From: Bacteroidia bacterium
Lineage (GTDB): Bacteria > Bacteroidota > Bacteroidia > UBA8524
Length of the DNA: 64,000 bases
Direction of reading: 5' to 3'
Assembly (NCBI GenBank): GCA_035906255.1
Contig: JAMIFM010000022.1
Coordinates: 6,856-70,855, forward strand
Under the pieces are notes generated by a model that saw only the letters and a list, made by a program, of their open reading frames with translations, had not been told where the DNA came from and did no database searches. Positions within the stretch are counted from its first letter, which is position 1; each line of letters opens with the position of its first letter. Position numbers and translations under genes: made by a program. Positions 50,387-60,565 of the stretch are shown one piece after another.

Positions 50387-51052
50387 ATGAATGTACAAGA
50401 AGTTCTTGCCCAACTGGAAGCCCTTGGCAATGCTAAACTGCGCGAGCAAAACAAAAAACGCGGTGCCGGTGAAAACCAATTTGGGGTAAAAATGGGTGAT
50501 ATACGCACCGTGGCTAAAAAGATAAAGACCAACCATGACCTTGCGCTGGAGCTATGGGAAACGGGAAACGTTGAGGCACGGCAAGTGGCAATATTAGTCG
50601 CAAACCCTAAAAAGCTGTCGTACGACGAAATAAGTCACTGGGTAAAATCAGAGAAATATACGTGGGTGGCTGACTGGCTATATTCATATATACTGAAAGA
50701 CAGGGCTGATAAAGAAACCCTGCGCCAAGAATGGATGCAAACCGACGATGTGATGGCTGCCCGCGCAGGCTGGAGTTTTACCAGCGGTTGTGTGGCACGC
50801 CAGCCTGAATTGGTGGATATACCCGCCCTGCTTGACCGTATTGAAAAAGAAATGCCCACCGCTACACCCGAAGTGCAATGGACAATGAACAGCACGCTGG
50901 CTAATATTGGCATACACCACCCGCAATACCGCGAACGTGCCTTGGCAATAGGGGAGAAGCTGGGCATTTACAGGGATTATCCCGTTTCGAAAGGCTGCAC
51001 TTCTCCCTTTGCCCCGATATGGATTGGGGAGATGGTTAAGAGGCAGGAGTGA
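50387..51052 (+). CDS. DNA alkylation repair (AlkC/AlkD-like HEAT-repeat) protein
   Basis: 221 aa. The segment DLALELWETGNVEARQVAILV...WVADW fits the DNA_alkylation family. Confidence 0.65.
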   Translation: MNVQEVLAQLEALGNAKLREQNKKRGAGENQFGVKMGDIRTVAKKIKTNHDLALELWETGNVEARQVAILVANPKKLSYDEISHWVKSEKYTWVADWLYSYILKDRADKETLRQEWMQTDDVMAARAGWSFTSGCVARQPELVDIPALLDRIEKEMPTATPEVQWTMNSTLANIGIHHPQYRERALAIGEKLGIYRDYPVSKGCTSPFAPIWIGEMVKRQE

Positions 51053-51086
51053 GGGAAGCTAAAAAATTTGATATTAACATTTTATA

Positions 51087-51836
51087 ATGAAAGAAAATCT
51101 TGATTATGCAATTTGGCTTTTGATAACAGGAATACTTGTTATTGTCCTTATGCCTATACTTTTGACTTCAAATTCATTTTGTGAGAGTCTAAATTTTACT
51201 AATACAGGACAAATTGGAGACACAATTGGGGGTATCACAGCTCCATTTTTGAGCTTAATTGGTTCTTTCCTAGTATATTTTGCTCTAAGAGCGCAAGTAA
51301 AAGCTAATGAATTAATTCAAACACAAATTGATGATACAAAAAAAGAAAAAACTAATGAAAGTGAAGGTGAAAACTTAAATCAGCTATACTTATATCTTAC
51401 AGAAAGTATTGATAATTTTCGTTTCAAATTCCTATCAATAGGCCATGTAGATAATACTAATGATAAGGAAACAGGTATAGAATACAAGGGGAGTGAGGCT
51501 ATTTATTATCTTTTTTCAAATATTTTTTGTGATTATCACGGTTCAGATGAGGATTTAAATTGTAATCCATCAGTTTCTGAACTATTAAGTACTTTGAAGA
51601 TTATGGATATATTGCTTGATAAATTGGAAAAAGCGGAAAGTAAGAATAAAGAAATTTTAATGATACTAGTAAGACATCAATTTAACTATAAAATTGAAAC
51701 TAGAATAAAGGAAGAGGATGAGGATGGGTTAAATCGCAAACAGTGTTCAATATGCAATTTTGAGCACGGGATTCCCAAAGAATTAAAAGACTTGATTATA
51801 AGTATAAGGAAAAAATTAACACATAATCTACGTTAA
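51087..51836 (+). CDS. low-GC membrane-anchored protein, paralog of 5695..6612 (possible abortive-infection family)
   Basis: 249 aa. An N-terminal TM segment is followed by the shared block IGDTIGGITAPFLSLIGSFLVYFALRAQ, which matches GIAAPVLSLITIILLYNSFLVQ in the ORF at 5695. Very AT-rich. Confidence 0.45.
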   Translation: MKENLDYAIWLLITGILVIVLMPILLTSNSFCESLNFTNTGQIGDTIGGITAPFLSLIGSFLVYFALRAQVKANELIQTQIDDTKKEKTNESEGENLNQLYLYLTESIDNFRFKFLSIGHVDNTNDKETGIEYKGSEAIYYLFSNIFCDYHGSDEDLNCNPSVSELLSTLKIMDILLDKLEKAESKNKEILMILVRHQFNYKIETRIKEEDEDGLNRKQCSICNFEHGIPKELKDLIISIRKKLTHNLR

Positions 51837-51841
51837 GCACA

Positions 51842-52270
51842 ATGCCAATGCCCACCCCTAAATCAAAACTTGTAGAAATTAAGACCAAGCCCACAGTCAT
51901 GAGCGTTGCGGAGTTTATTAGCAACATCAGCGAAGAGCAAAAGCGTAAAGACTGCCTTGTGATTTTAGAACTGATGAAAAAAGCTACAGGCGAAGAGCCT
52001 GTGCTGTGGGGTAACGGGACAATCGGGTTTGGAAATCTGCGGTATAAAAGCCCCGCAACGGGTAGGGAAGTGGATTGGTTTAAGATTGGGTTTGCTGCCC
52101 GCAAGGCCAATTTATCGCTGCACCTTACTATGGATATACAAAAACAAGCTGCAATGCTTGAACGGTTGGGCAAGCACAAAACAGGGGTGGGGTGTTTGTA
52201 TATCAACAAGTTAAGCGACGTTGATATAAACGTTTTGAATGAAATGATAGTACTTTCGGTAACAAAGTGA
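51842..52270 (+). CDS. DUF1801 (YdhG-like) domain protein
   Basis: 142 aa. The pattern VAEFI...KRKDCLVILELMKKATGEEPVLWG is typical of the family. Confidence 0.65.
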   Translation: MPMPTPKSKLVEIKTKPTVMSVAEFISNISEEQKRKDCLVILELMKKATGEEPVLWGNGTIGFGNLRYKSPATGREVDWFKIGFAARKANLSLHLTMDIQKQAAMLERLGKHKTGVGCLYINKLSDVDINVLNEMIVLSVTK

Positions 52271-52334
52271 GAGCAAACTACTTGTCAATTACCTATCTTT
52301 ATTTTTAAAATAGTAAGGGCAAGAAGATTGTAGT

Positions 52335-53174
52335 ATGCTAAAAGCGCTTTTTTTAAACAGGAATGAAACAACTGATGCTCTTCGTAAAAAGTCAGTTTTG
52401 ATAAACATAATTTTTTGCATAAGTGCTATGCAAACAGTTGCGCTAACCATCAATATGTTTGTTCAGCCTACATACATCGAACGGTATTTTCTTATTATCT
52501 TTTTGATTTATTCGTCAGGTTTTTTAGCCTATCTGCCTGCAAAAAGAGGTTATATATTTCTTAGCTCGTTTATTTATGTTGTGTTTTTGCTACTTCTGAT
52601 TTTTGTGTTTGCTTGGACGGGGGGAGGTATCCGCGCGCACGGAATGATTATATTGCCCGTTGTTGTAATGGTTGCCGGATTAACATTGGGACGCAAAGCC
52701 GTATGGGTTTTCGGGATATTTTCAACGCTGGGTGGGTTGGGTTTGGTGATTGCTGAATATTATTCATTACTACCATTAACACAGCCAATTGGCAAAACAC
52801 CATTGATTTATTGGATTTTTAACACTGCAAACGTTATCCTTATTTGTTTCCTACAATATTTGGGGGTTAAGGAATTAGTTGCGGCACTTAACGAAGCTAA
52901 AAAAGAACTTAAGCTGCGGAAAAAATCAGAAGAGGAGTTACGTATTAAGAATGAGCAGCTTACTGAGATTGCTTTCCTACAGTCGCACATCGTAAGAAAA
53001 CCCATTGCAAACGTACTTGGGGTTGTTAATTTAATAAACAAAGAGAACCCGCAAGACCCTGAAAATATTGAATTGATTTTGCAACTTGAGTTTGTTGTGG
53101 GAGAATTAGATGCAGCTGTTTGCGAGATTGTAAAAAATACATCAACAATAACACAAAAAGAAAACAAGCAATGA
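52335..53174 (+). CDS. polytopic membrane protein with a C-terminal HisKA-like segment but no ATPase domain
   Basis: 279 aa with six to seven TM helices, then a coiled coil, then FLQSHIVRKPIANVLG, which is an H-box-like phosphoacceptor. The ORF ends with no HATPase_c domain. Confidence 0.45.
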   Translation: MLKALFLNRNETTDALRKKSVLINIIFCISAMQTVALTINMFVQPTYIERYFLIIFLIYSSGFLAYLPAKRGYIFLSSFIYVVFLLLLIFVFAWTGGGIRAHGMIILPVVVMVAGLTLGRKAVWVFGIFSTLGGLGLVIAEYYSLLPLTQPIGKTPLIYWIFNTANVILICFLQYLGVKELVAALNEAKKELKLRKKSEEELRIKNEQLTEIAFLQSHIVRKPIANVLGVVNLINKENPQDPENIELILQLEFVVGELDAAVCEIVKNTSTITQKENKQ

Positions 53175-53731
53175 TAAAGAAAGATATATCCGTAATTCAA
53201 TTTACTGATTTACTGGAGGTTTTAAAAGTTAGATTCAATAAAAACATGAATCGTCATAAAGATATAGAATGGGCTAAAGTTCATGCAAAGCTGGAGGCTA
53301 ATATTGAGAAACTATGGAGTTTGAGTGAAATGGAAAACACCGGAGGAGAACCTGACGTTGTAGATTATGTTAAACAGATAGATGAATATATCTTTATGGA
53401 CTGTTCACCCGAAAGTCCTAAGGGGCGTAGAAGTATTTGCTATGACCATGAGGCACTGAATGCCCGCAAGGAGCATAAGCCGGCCAACAGTGCTATGAAT
53501 ATGGCAGCCGAGATGGGTATTGAAGTGCTGAACGAAGAACAATACAAACAATTGCAACAGTTGGGTAAATTTGATTTGAAAACATCAAGCTGGGTACAAA
53601 CGCCCACAGAAATCCGTAAGCTTGGCGGGGCCATTTTTTGCGATTGCAGATATAACCACGTATTTACGTACCACAACGGTGCAGAATCGTATTATGCAGC
53701 CAGAGGTTTTCGCGGGATGTTAAAAGTGTAA
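53171..53731 (+). CDS. DUF4256 family protein
   Basis: The start is taken at MIKKDIS, giving a 4-nt overlap with the upstream gene. The motif IEWAKVHAKLEAN...MENTGGEPDVV matches my memory of DUF4256. Confidence 0.55.
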   Translation: MIKKDISVIQFTDLLEVLKVRFNKNMNRHKDIEWAKVHAKLEANIEKLWSLSEMENTGGEPDVVDYVKQIDEYIFMDCSPESPKGRRSICYDHEALNARKEHKPANSAMNMAAEMGIEVLNEEQYKQLQQLGKFDLKTSSWVQTPTEIRKLGGAIFCDCRYNHVFTYHNGAESYYAARGFRGMLKV

Positions 53732-53920
53732 ATCTATTCGTTCAAATTTTTAATCATTCGCCCTAACTCAAGTTTGTTCTCAAATATTGAAGTATATGTC
53801 GTTATACTTTATGTCTCATTGCTGTAATAATCAAATTACATAATATACCAACCTGTAACCTGTAATAGTTATTCTTAAATTGTTTCATAATTTATATTAT
53901 GTTAAATATAAACCTGAAAT

Positions 53921-53945
53921 AAAAAGGGCACTTGGCCCTTTTCAA
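53921..53945 (-). terminator. rho-independent terminator after the TPR gene
   Basis: aagggc-acttg-gccctt hairpin with a minus-strand T-run. Confidence 0.55.
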
Positions 53946-53956
53946 TATTTTTAGCA

Positions 53957-55306
53957 TTACTCTCCTGTTCTTAGCTTACGGAACTCTTCTGATCTCTCCT
54001 TGTTACCCAACTGTGAATAGGTTTGTTGCAACGCAAGTAACACTCCTTGATCTTCGCTTTGAATTTCGTATGCCTTTAGCAATTGCTCCAACGCTTTTTC
54101 ATATCCGGCTTTCATTGAATCTTCAAGTTTCTTTGATTCTTCAGTTGCTCCGGGCGCGTTTAAATCCAAGTAATTGTATTTGTCTACTAATATCTTGTTT
54201 TTGTTAAAGTGCAATACACCCAAGTTAAACAGCGCATCAAAATAATTAGGGTCAATCAACAACGCTTCAGTAAAATCCTTTTCTGATATATTAAACTTAT
54301 CCAAAGCTAAAGTATAAATGCTGTCTCGGGTTTTTACAAAAGCATCTGTTTCTGCCTGAAACTTTTTCTTATCCGCAGGTGTTTTTGCTGAACGCAGCTT
54401 GCGACGCACACTGCTGGCCGAATCTGAAAACGAAGGTCCGTTCTCCATAATTTTAGAAGCCATATCGCTAACGATTGTACCCCTGTAATAACGATACAAT
54501 ATGTTATTTGGTTCAGCTTCAATTACTTCGCTCAGCTTTTCAACCAATATATTGGTCTTACCTAATTGTGAGTAGATGGCTATCTCTTGGTTAAACAAGT
54601 CTTTGTTATCAGGTACTTTTTTACGGCCTTTGTCAACAATGTTCAACGCTCCTGTGGTATCCCCCTCTTCCATCATCATGCTCGACATTTGAAGGTATGC
54701 GTTAGCACTAAGATACTTAGGGTCGTCAATCATCATGTTCAAAAACTTCTTGGCTTGAGCCTTATCATTCAATTTGATTGCAAGGTTAGCGCAATACTGA
54801 ACAATATCATTTTTTGCTTGCTGCAATGTTTTTGCCACACCACCCTCAGCATCGGTATCGTATGCTTTTAGTAATAGCTCATAATACTCAAGAGCTTTGG
54901 TAAAATTACTTTCTTGGTAGTGCGCATAAGCCCTGTAATATGCAGAAACACTTGCTTGACGAAGCCCTTTAAGAGCATCTTCGGTATATTTTTGTTTCTT
55001 CTCTAATTTATCAGTTTCAACACTGCTGATATAGCTTTGAAGTGAAACCGAAGCTGCTTCGGGAGCCAAGTGCGTATATAAAGAATCTACGGATATGCTG
55101 TAATAAACATCTCCCCTAACTTTCCACATCCAAGGGCTGTTAGCCGTTTTGGGATTAGTGGCTGCTACGTCAATATCTTCCTTAGCGGTTTCAAGATTTC
55201 CGTTGGTAAGAGATATTTCAGCATCTGTAATTTTATAATTCTGAGCAAAAGCCCCTACTGTAAACAGCGCGGTTACAAGTGTTAGAACTATTCTTTTTTT
55301 CATCAT
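53957..55306 (-). CDS. tetratricopeptide-repeat protein, secreted
   Basis: 449 aa with a signal peptide and multiple TPR-like helical pairs. Confidence 0.65.
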   Translation of the reverse strand: MMKKRIVLTLVTALFTVGAFAQNYKITDAEISLTNGNLETAKEDIDVAATNPKTANSPWMWKVRGDVYYSISVDSLYTHLAPEAASVSLQSYISSVETDKLEKKQKYTEDALKGLRQASVSAYYRAYAHYQESNFTKALEYYELLLKAYDTDAEGGVAKTLQQAKNDIVQYCANLAIKLNDKAQAKKFLNMMIDDPKYLSANAYLQMSSMMMEEGDTTGALNIVDKGRKKVPDNKDLFNQEIAIYSQLGKTNILVEKLSEVIEAEPNNILYRYYRGTIVSDMASKIMENGPSFSDSASSVRRKLRSAKTPADKKKFQAETDAFVKTRDSIYTLALDKFNISEKDFTEALLIDPNYFDALFNLGVLHFNKNKILVDKYNYLDLNAPGATEESKKLEDSMKAGYEKALEQLLKAYEIQSEDQGVLLALQQTYSQLGNKERSEEFRKLRTGE

Positions 55307-55353
55307 AAATTATTTGTGTGTTGAAACTATTTCAAAAAACTGGCCGCAATATA

Positions 55354-57900
55354 CTATTCGGCAGTATTATCAGTTGGTGTAATATTTTCTCCGTTCACTC
55401 CCTCTTCGCCATTGGTTTCCTCTTCATCTTCGGCACGTTCTACTTTGGCTATCGAGGCAATTTCATCCCTGTCGCTCATCTTAATCAGTCTTACACCTTG
55501 AGTTGCACGACCCATTACCCTTAAATCAGCTACGTGCATACGGATTGCCATGCCCGATTTTAGAATAATCATCAAGTCGTTTTCATCAGTAACGTCTTTT
55601 ATACCGATAAGGTTGCCGGTTTTTTCGGTAATGCTAAGAGTTTTTACTCCTTTTCCTCCCCTTCCGGTGATACGGTAATCTTCTAAATCGGTACGTTTAC
55701 CATAACCTTTTTCAGATACCACCATTATAGTAGTGTCTGTATTAGTAGGATTTACACTTATCATGCCAATCACTTCATCGTTGGCGTTCTCAAGTTTAAC
55801 ACCTGTAACACCGCTGGCAGTACGACCCATAGGGCGAACAAGGCTCTCGTTGAAACGGATTGCCTTACCGCTATGCTTGGCCATGATAATTTCTGACTTA
55901 CCATCGGTTAGCAGTGCTTCTAATAGAGTATCACCTTCCCTAACCGTGATGGCGTTAATACCGTTCTGACGTGGACGAGAGTATGCTTCAAGAGTTGTTT
56001 TCTTGATAATACCTTTTTTGGTACACATGATAATCACGTTGTTTTGCAAATACTCTTCATCTTTCAGGTTTTCTACCGTAATGAAAGCTTTTACCTTATC
56101 GTCAGGTTCAATATTAATAAGGTTTTGTATGGCGCGGCCTTTTGCTGCACGGCCTGCTTCGGGTATTTCATACACCTTTAGCCAGTAGCACTTACCTTTT
56201 TCGGTAAAGAACAGCATATAGTTGTGGGTGGTTGCCACAAACAAATGTTCAATAAAGTCCTCGTCGCGGTTAGCAGCACCTTTATTACCGCGTCCTCCCC
56301 TGTTTTGTACCCTAAATTCGGTAAGTACGGTACGTTTAATGTATCCCATGTGGCTGATGGTTAGCACCACCTGCTCATTAGGAATCATATCTTCTATGCT
56401 TATATCGTCAGATGCGGGAACAATATCAGTACGGCGTTCATCGCCATACTTATCACGCATCTCAATTAACTCATCTTTAATAATTTGCATTCGCAAACCT
56501 TCATCGGCCAATATGCTGTTCAAATAATCAATCAACTTCATTATCTCAGCATATTCATCGCGTATTTTATCACGCTCAAGGCCTGTTAAACGCTGCAAAC
56601 GCATATCCAAAATGGCGCGTGCCTGTATTTCGCTTAACTGGAATTTTTCAATCAATCCTTCGCGGGCTTCATCAGGTGTTTTTGAACCGCGTATCAGCGC
56701 AATTACCTCGTCCAAATGGTCAAGGGCAATCAATAAGCCCTCTAAAATGTGGGCACGCTTTTTAGCCTCATCCAGTTCAAACTGGGTACGACGAACAACC
56801 ACCTCGTGGCGGTGTTCAACGTAATGTTTGATAAGGTCTTTCAGGTTCAGCAACATAGGGCGGCCTTTTACAAGGGCAATGTTGTTTACGCTGAATGAAC
56901 TTTGGAGTTGAGTGTATTTATATAGTTGATTAAGGATGATGTTTGGTATGGCATCTTTTTTCAAATCGAAAACAATGCGTAAACCGTCACGGTCACTCTC
57001 ATCCCTCACATCAGATATGCCTTCAATTACCTTTTCGTTCACCAAATCCACCGCTTTTACAATCAGCTGGTTGGGTTGGGTCATAAAAGGTATTTCAGTA
57101 ATTACAATTTGGTCTTTACCGGTTCTGGTAGTATCAAAGTGAGCTTTACCACGAATAACAATACGTCCGCGGCCTGTTTCAAAAGCATCTTTAATACCGT
57201 TCATACCATATATTGTACCCCCTGTTGGAAAATCAGGGCCTTTAATATGGGTCATCAACTCACTAATCTCAATGTCGCGGTTATCTATGTATGCTACAGT
57301 AGCATTGATAGCTTCAGTAAGGTTGTGAGGGGCCATGTTTGTGGCCATACCTACCGCAATACCGCTTGCACCGTTTACTAAAAGGTTGGGTATTTTAGCA
57401 GGCATTACCGACGGTTCTTCCAGCGAATCGTCAAAGTTGGGAGTAAAGTCAACGGTATTTTTATCAATATCCGTCATCATTTCCTCGGCCAATCTTCTTA
57501 AACGTGCTTCGGTATAACGCATCGCTGCCGGAGGGTCACCGTCAATCGAACCAAAGTTACCCTGCCCGTCAACCAGCATATAACGCATACTCCAAGGTTG
57601 AGCCATACGCACCATTGCATCGTAAACGCTACCGTCGCCGTGCGGGTGATACTTACCCAACACCTCTCCTACTATACGTGCTGATTTTTTATACGGACGG
57701 CCACTACCTAAGCCAAGCTCGGTCATACCATACAATACCCTGCGGTGTACGGGCTTTAAACCGTCGCGCACATCAGGAAGTGCACGTGAAACAATTACCG
57801 ACATCGAATAATCGATGTAGGCGGTCTTCATTTCATCTTCAATGTTAATGGGGATTATTTTTTCTCCCAACTCGTCGTTCAGGTTGTTCTCCTCTGCCAT
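55354..57900 (-). CDS. gyrA: DNA gyrase subunit A
   Basis: 848 aa. N-terminal catalytic Tyr region ([11 protein letters not shown]...HPHGD) and C-terminal beta-pinwheel repeats. Confidence 0.95.
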   Translation of the reverse strand: MAEENNLNDELGEKIIPINIEDEMKTAYIDYSMSVIVSRALPDVRDGLKPVHRRVLYGMTELGLGSGRPYKKSARIVGEVLGKYHPHGDGSVYDAMVRMAQPWSMRYMLVDGQGNFGSIDGDPPAAMRYTEARLRRLAEEMMTDIDKNTVDFTPNFDDSLEEPSVMPAKIPNLLVNGASGIAVGMATNMAPHNLTEAINATVAYIDNRDIEISELMTHIKGPDFPTGGTIYGMNGIKDAFETGRGRIVIRGKAHFDTTRTGKDQIVITEIPFMTQPNQLIVKAVDLVNEKVIEGISDVRDESDRDGLRIVFDLKKDAIPNIILNQLYKYTQLQSSFSVNNIALVKGRPMLLNLKDLIKHYVEHRHEVVVRRTQFELDEAKKRAHILEGLLIALDHLDEVIALIRGSKTPDEAREGLIEKFQLSEIQARAILDMRLQRLTGLERDKIRDEYAEIMKLIDYLNSILADEGLRMQIIKDELIEMRDKYGDERRTDIVPASDDISIEDMIPNEQVVLTISHMGYIKRTVLTEFRVQNRGGRGNKGAANRDEDFIEHLFVATTHNYMLFFTEKGKCYWLKVYEIPEAGRAAKGRAIQNLINIEPDDKVKAFITVENLKDEEYLQNNVIIMCTKKGIIKKTTLEAYSRPRQNGINAITVREGDTLLEALLTDGKSEIIMAKHSGKAIRFNESLVRPMGRTASGVTGVKLENANDEVIGMISVNPTNTDTTIMVVSEKGYGKRTDLEDYRITGRGGKGVKTLSITEKTGNLIGIKDVTDENDLMIILKSGMAIRMHVADLRVMGRATQGVRLIKMSDRDEIASIAKVERAEDEEETNGEEGVNGENITPTDNTAE

Positions 57901-58049
57901 AGTACTTTAACGAAGCCGCTAAAATAGTTCATTTTACCTTTTGTTAACGCAAAAGAATGCCCACACCAATTGTGGAAAACACATTAAACAGAAATAGGAT
58001 TGTTTTATTGGCAGCTAAGTATATTTACCTAAAAGTAAATCAATTAAAT

Positions 58050-58721
58050 ATGTTATCAAAATACATTAACGCAGGGGGATTGGGTTTCATTCTTATTTGT
58101 TTTTTGTTTCCCTTTATCTCAATAAAATGTAACGAGCAAACGCTTGCAACTGTTAAAGGGTACGAAATGATTACCGGAAAAAGCAACTTGCTGGGTGATA
58201 ACTCAAAACTTGACAACTTGTTTGGCGATAACAAGAAGGAAAAACAAGAAAATGATGATACCGATAACCCAATTGACGGGCATAGTGAAGAAGAAACAAA
58301 TACTAATGTTGAGGAGGATACAAATAGCCCAACCGATACCGACGGAAATGACAAAAAAGGATTAAAACCAAGTATGGTAATGATAGTATTGGCGGGACTT
58401 GCATTGATAGGTATTCTGATAATGCTTGTGGCTAAAGATAAAATACACCCGCTTGGTTTAGGATTATCAATTGCTATGCTACTTTGTTTATTGGTACAGG
58501 TGATACTGTTTGAAATTGAGCTTAGCCAAATGGGCAAGAGCAGCAACGGAATGTTTAGTATGGTGATTAAGATTGGTTATGAAACAGGTTTTTGGTTAAT
58601 GCTGATTTGTTTATTAGCACTAATGGCGTACAACATCTATTCAATGAAAAAGACCCCAAAGACTTTTGCGGGTTCTTTACCTGTTGAGCCTGATAATACT
58701 ACTGAGGCTACCGAAGGATAA
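58050..58721 (+). CDS. hypothetical membrane protein with acidic loop
   Basis: TM helices flank an Asp/Glu/Asn-rich loop. The start was chosen at MLSKYINAGG; the ORF-track ORF begins at 57957. Confidence 0.4.
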   Translation: MLSKYINAGGLGFILICFLFPFISIKCNEQTLATVKGYEMITGKSNLLGDNSKLDNLFGDNKKEKQENDDTDNPIDGHSEEETNTNVEEDTNSPTDTDGNDKKGLKPSMVMIVLAGLALIGILIMLVAKDKIHPLGLGLSIAMLLCLLVQVILFEIELSQMGKSSNGMFSMVIKIGYETGFWLMLICLLALMAYNIYSMKKTPKTFAGSLPVEPDNTTEATEG

Positions 58722-58882
58722 CATATCTTAACCAAGTATCGCGCATTGTTGGTTATAGATAACAACAAAAGGAACGTTTGGTGCTGTTATAGCAATATGT
58801 GGTTAATTTGCTATAAAGGTACAATTGCCACCATTTAAAAAAGTGGTAGTTTTGCGCAAAATCATCATACTATATTATATAC

Positions 58883-59791
58883 ATGAAAAATATTACCGTA
58901 ATAGGTTCAGGTACTATGGGCAATGGCATTGCACACGTTTTTGCCCAAAACAACTTTAATGTATCGCTTGTGGATGTAAATGAAGCAGCTTTGCAACGCG
59001 CATTGGCTACTATCGGAAAAAATCTTGACAGGCAGGTTGCCAAAGGCTTGATAACTGAAGAACAAAAAACAGCTACTTTAGCCAATATAACTACCTATAC
59101 ACAACTATCATCAGGTGCAGCAAATGCTGATTTGGTTGTTGAAGCCGCATCGGAAAATTTTGACATCAAAACGTCTATTTTTAAAGAGCTTGATAAGGTA
59201 GCCCCTGCAAATGCTATTCTTGCCAGCAATACTTCTTCTATTTCAATTACACGCATTGCTGCGGTAACCAACCGCCCCGGTAAAGTAATAGGTATGCACT
59301 TTATGAACCCTGTACCGGTAATGAAACTGGTGGAGGTAATAGCAGGGTATGATACTGAAAAGGAAGTAACGGATTCCATTATGTCATTATCAAAAGAGAT
59401 TGGTAAAATACCTACGCTGGTAAACGACTATCCCGGGTTTATTGCCAACCGCATTTTGATGCCGATGATTAATGAAGCTATTTATTCATTATACGAAGGT
59501 GTGGCCGGAGTTGAAGAAATTGATACGGTGATGAAACTGGGTATGGCACACCCGATGGGGCCTTTGCAACTGGCCGATTTTATCGGGTTAGATGTTTGCA
59601 AAGCAATACTTGAAGTAATGTATGAAGGCTTTGGAAATCCTAAATACGCCCCTTGCCCCTTATTGGTGAATATGGTAACCGCTAAAAACTTAGGAGTAAA
59701 ATCAGGTCGCGGTTTTTATGATTACAGTCATGGCGGTAAAGAGTTGGTGGTAGCACCCCGCTTTGCAGTAAACCAATCACAAACAGCATAA
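58883..59791 (+). CDS. 3-hydroxyacyl-CoA / 3-hydroxybutyryl-CoA dehydrogenase
   Basis: 302 aa. Rossmann fold VIGSGTMGNGIA and the C-terminal 3HCDH domain. Confidence 0.85.
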   Translation: MKNITVIGSGTMGNGIAHVFAQNNFNVSLVDVNEAALQRALATIGKNLDRQVAKGLITEEQKTATLANITTYTQLSSGAANADLVVEAASENFDIKTSIFKELDKVAPANAILASNTSSISITRIAAVTNRPGKVIGMHFMNPVPVMKLVEVIAGYDTEKEVTDSIMSLSKEIGKIPTLVNDYPGFIANRILMPMINEAIYSLYEGVAGVEEIDTVMKLGMAHPMGPLQLADFIGLDVCKAILEVMYEGFGNPKYAPCPLLVNMVTAKNLGVKSGRGFYDYSHGGKELVVAPRFAVNQSQTA

Positions 59792-59811
59792 ACATATTTT
59801 CTTTAGTATAT

Positions 59812-59846
59812 GAAGCCGCTTTGTTAAGTCAAAGCGGCTTTTTTGT
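59812..59846 (+). terminator. rho-independent terminator
   Basis: 11-bp stem gaagccgctttg/caaagcggctt plus TTTTT. Confidence 0.75.
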
Positions 59847-60565
59847 TTAAACCAAACTAATAGGGTTCTTTCTAACTCGTTGTTGCGTTTTTACATGGTA
59901 ATCAATCGCTATAAACAATTGATATGCCATTGATTAGTTGTTATGCCAAAAGAGCAAACGGGCACTTTTGTTATAAATATAGCTTAAATAACAGTAGTTT
60001 TTTTGAATAGGTGCATCTTTAAGCATCTTTTTTTGTTGTTTAGAAAGATTTTATATTTTGTATTATATAATCTGTAAATCAATAAGTTAGTGTTTTTAAA
60101 AAAATAAATGTCGTTTTATTGTATGCAATGTTGATTTTTTTTGTAATTTAGCTGTAAGAAAAAGGAAAGAGAGTTTAATATCCCATCAATCCTACCTTAA
60201 GCCTATAGCCGCTCCAATTACTCCGGGAGCGGCTTATTTGTTTACTATCAATTACTTATATGTAAACCATGCTATGTAATATAGTTTACAATTGAGACGG
60301 CAATCATGCGTTTTATTGCACTATAAAAAATTGAACTGGGGTTGGAAGTTTAGAACCATTTTGACATATTTTAAAGGTATAAATGATACTATTTTCACCT
60401 ATTATGAAGTGTTTTTTATTGTTTTAATAAAGTACTGGTATGGATAAGACACCCGTAAATACTGTATAAAAGGTTATAAACCCTGTATTTATTGAACGTG
60501 ATGAGGAGAAGAGCTATTGACAGGTATTTAAAATTTGTGTAGGCGTGCGCTGTGGGAATGCCGCA

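Noticed and set aside
50137-50532. 131-aa minus-strand ORF
   Set aside because: It lies inside repeat copy E and overlaps the start of the AlkD-like gene. It is a repeat-generated frame.
60203-60231. Stand-alone hairpin agccgctcc...ggagcggct with a weak T-run
   Set aside because: No upstream gene on the plus strand ends there, and on the minus strand it lacks a T-tract. It is mentioned under the beta-lactamase spacer finding and is not called a terminator.
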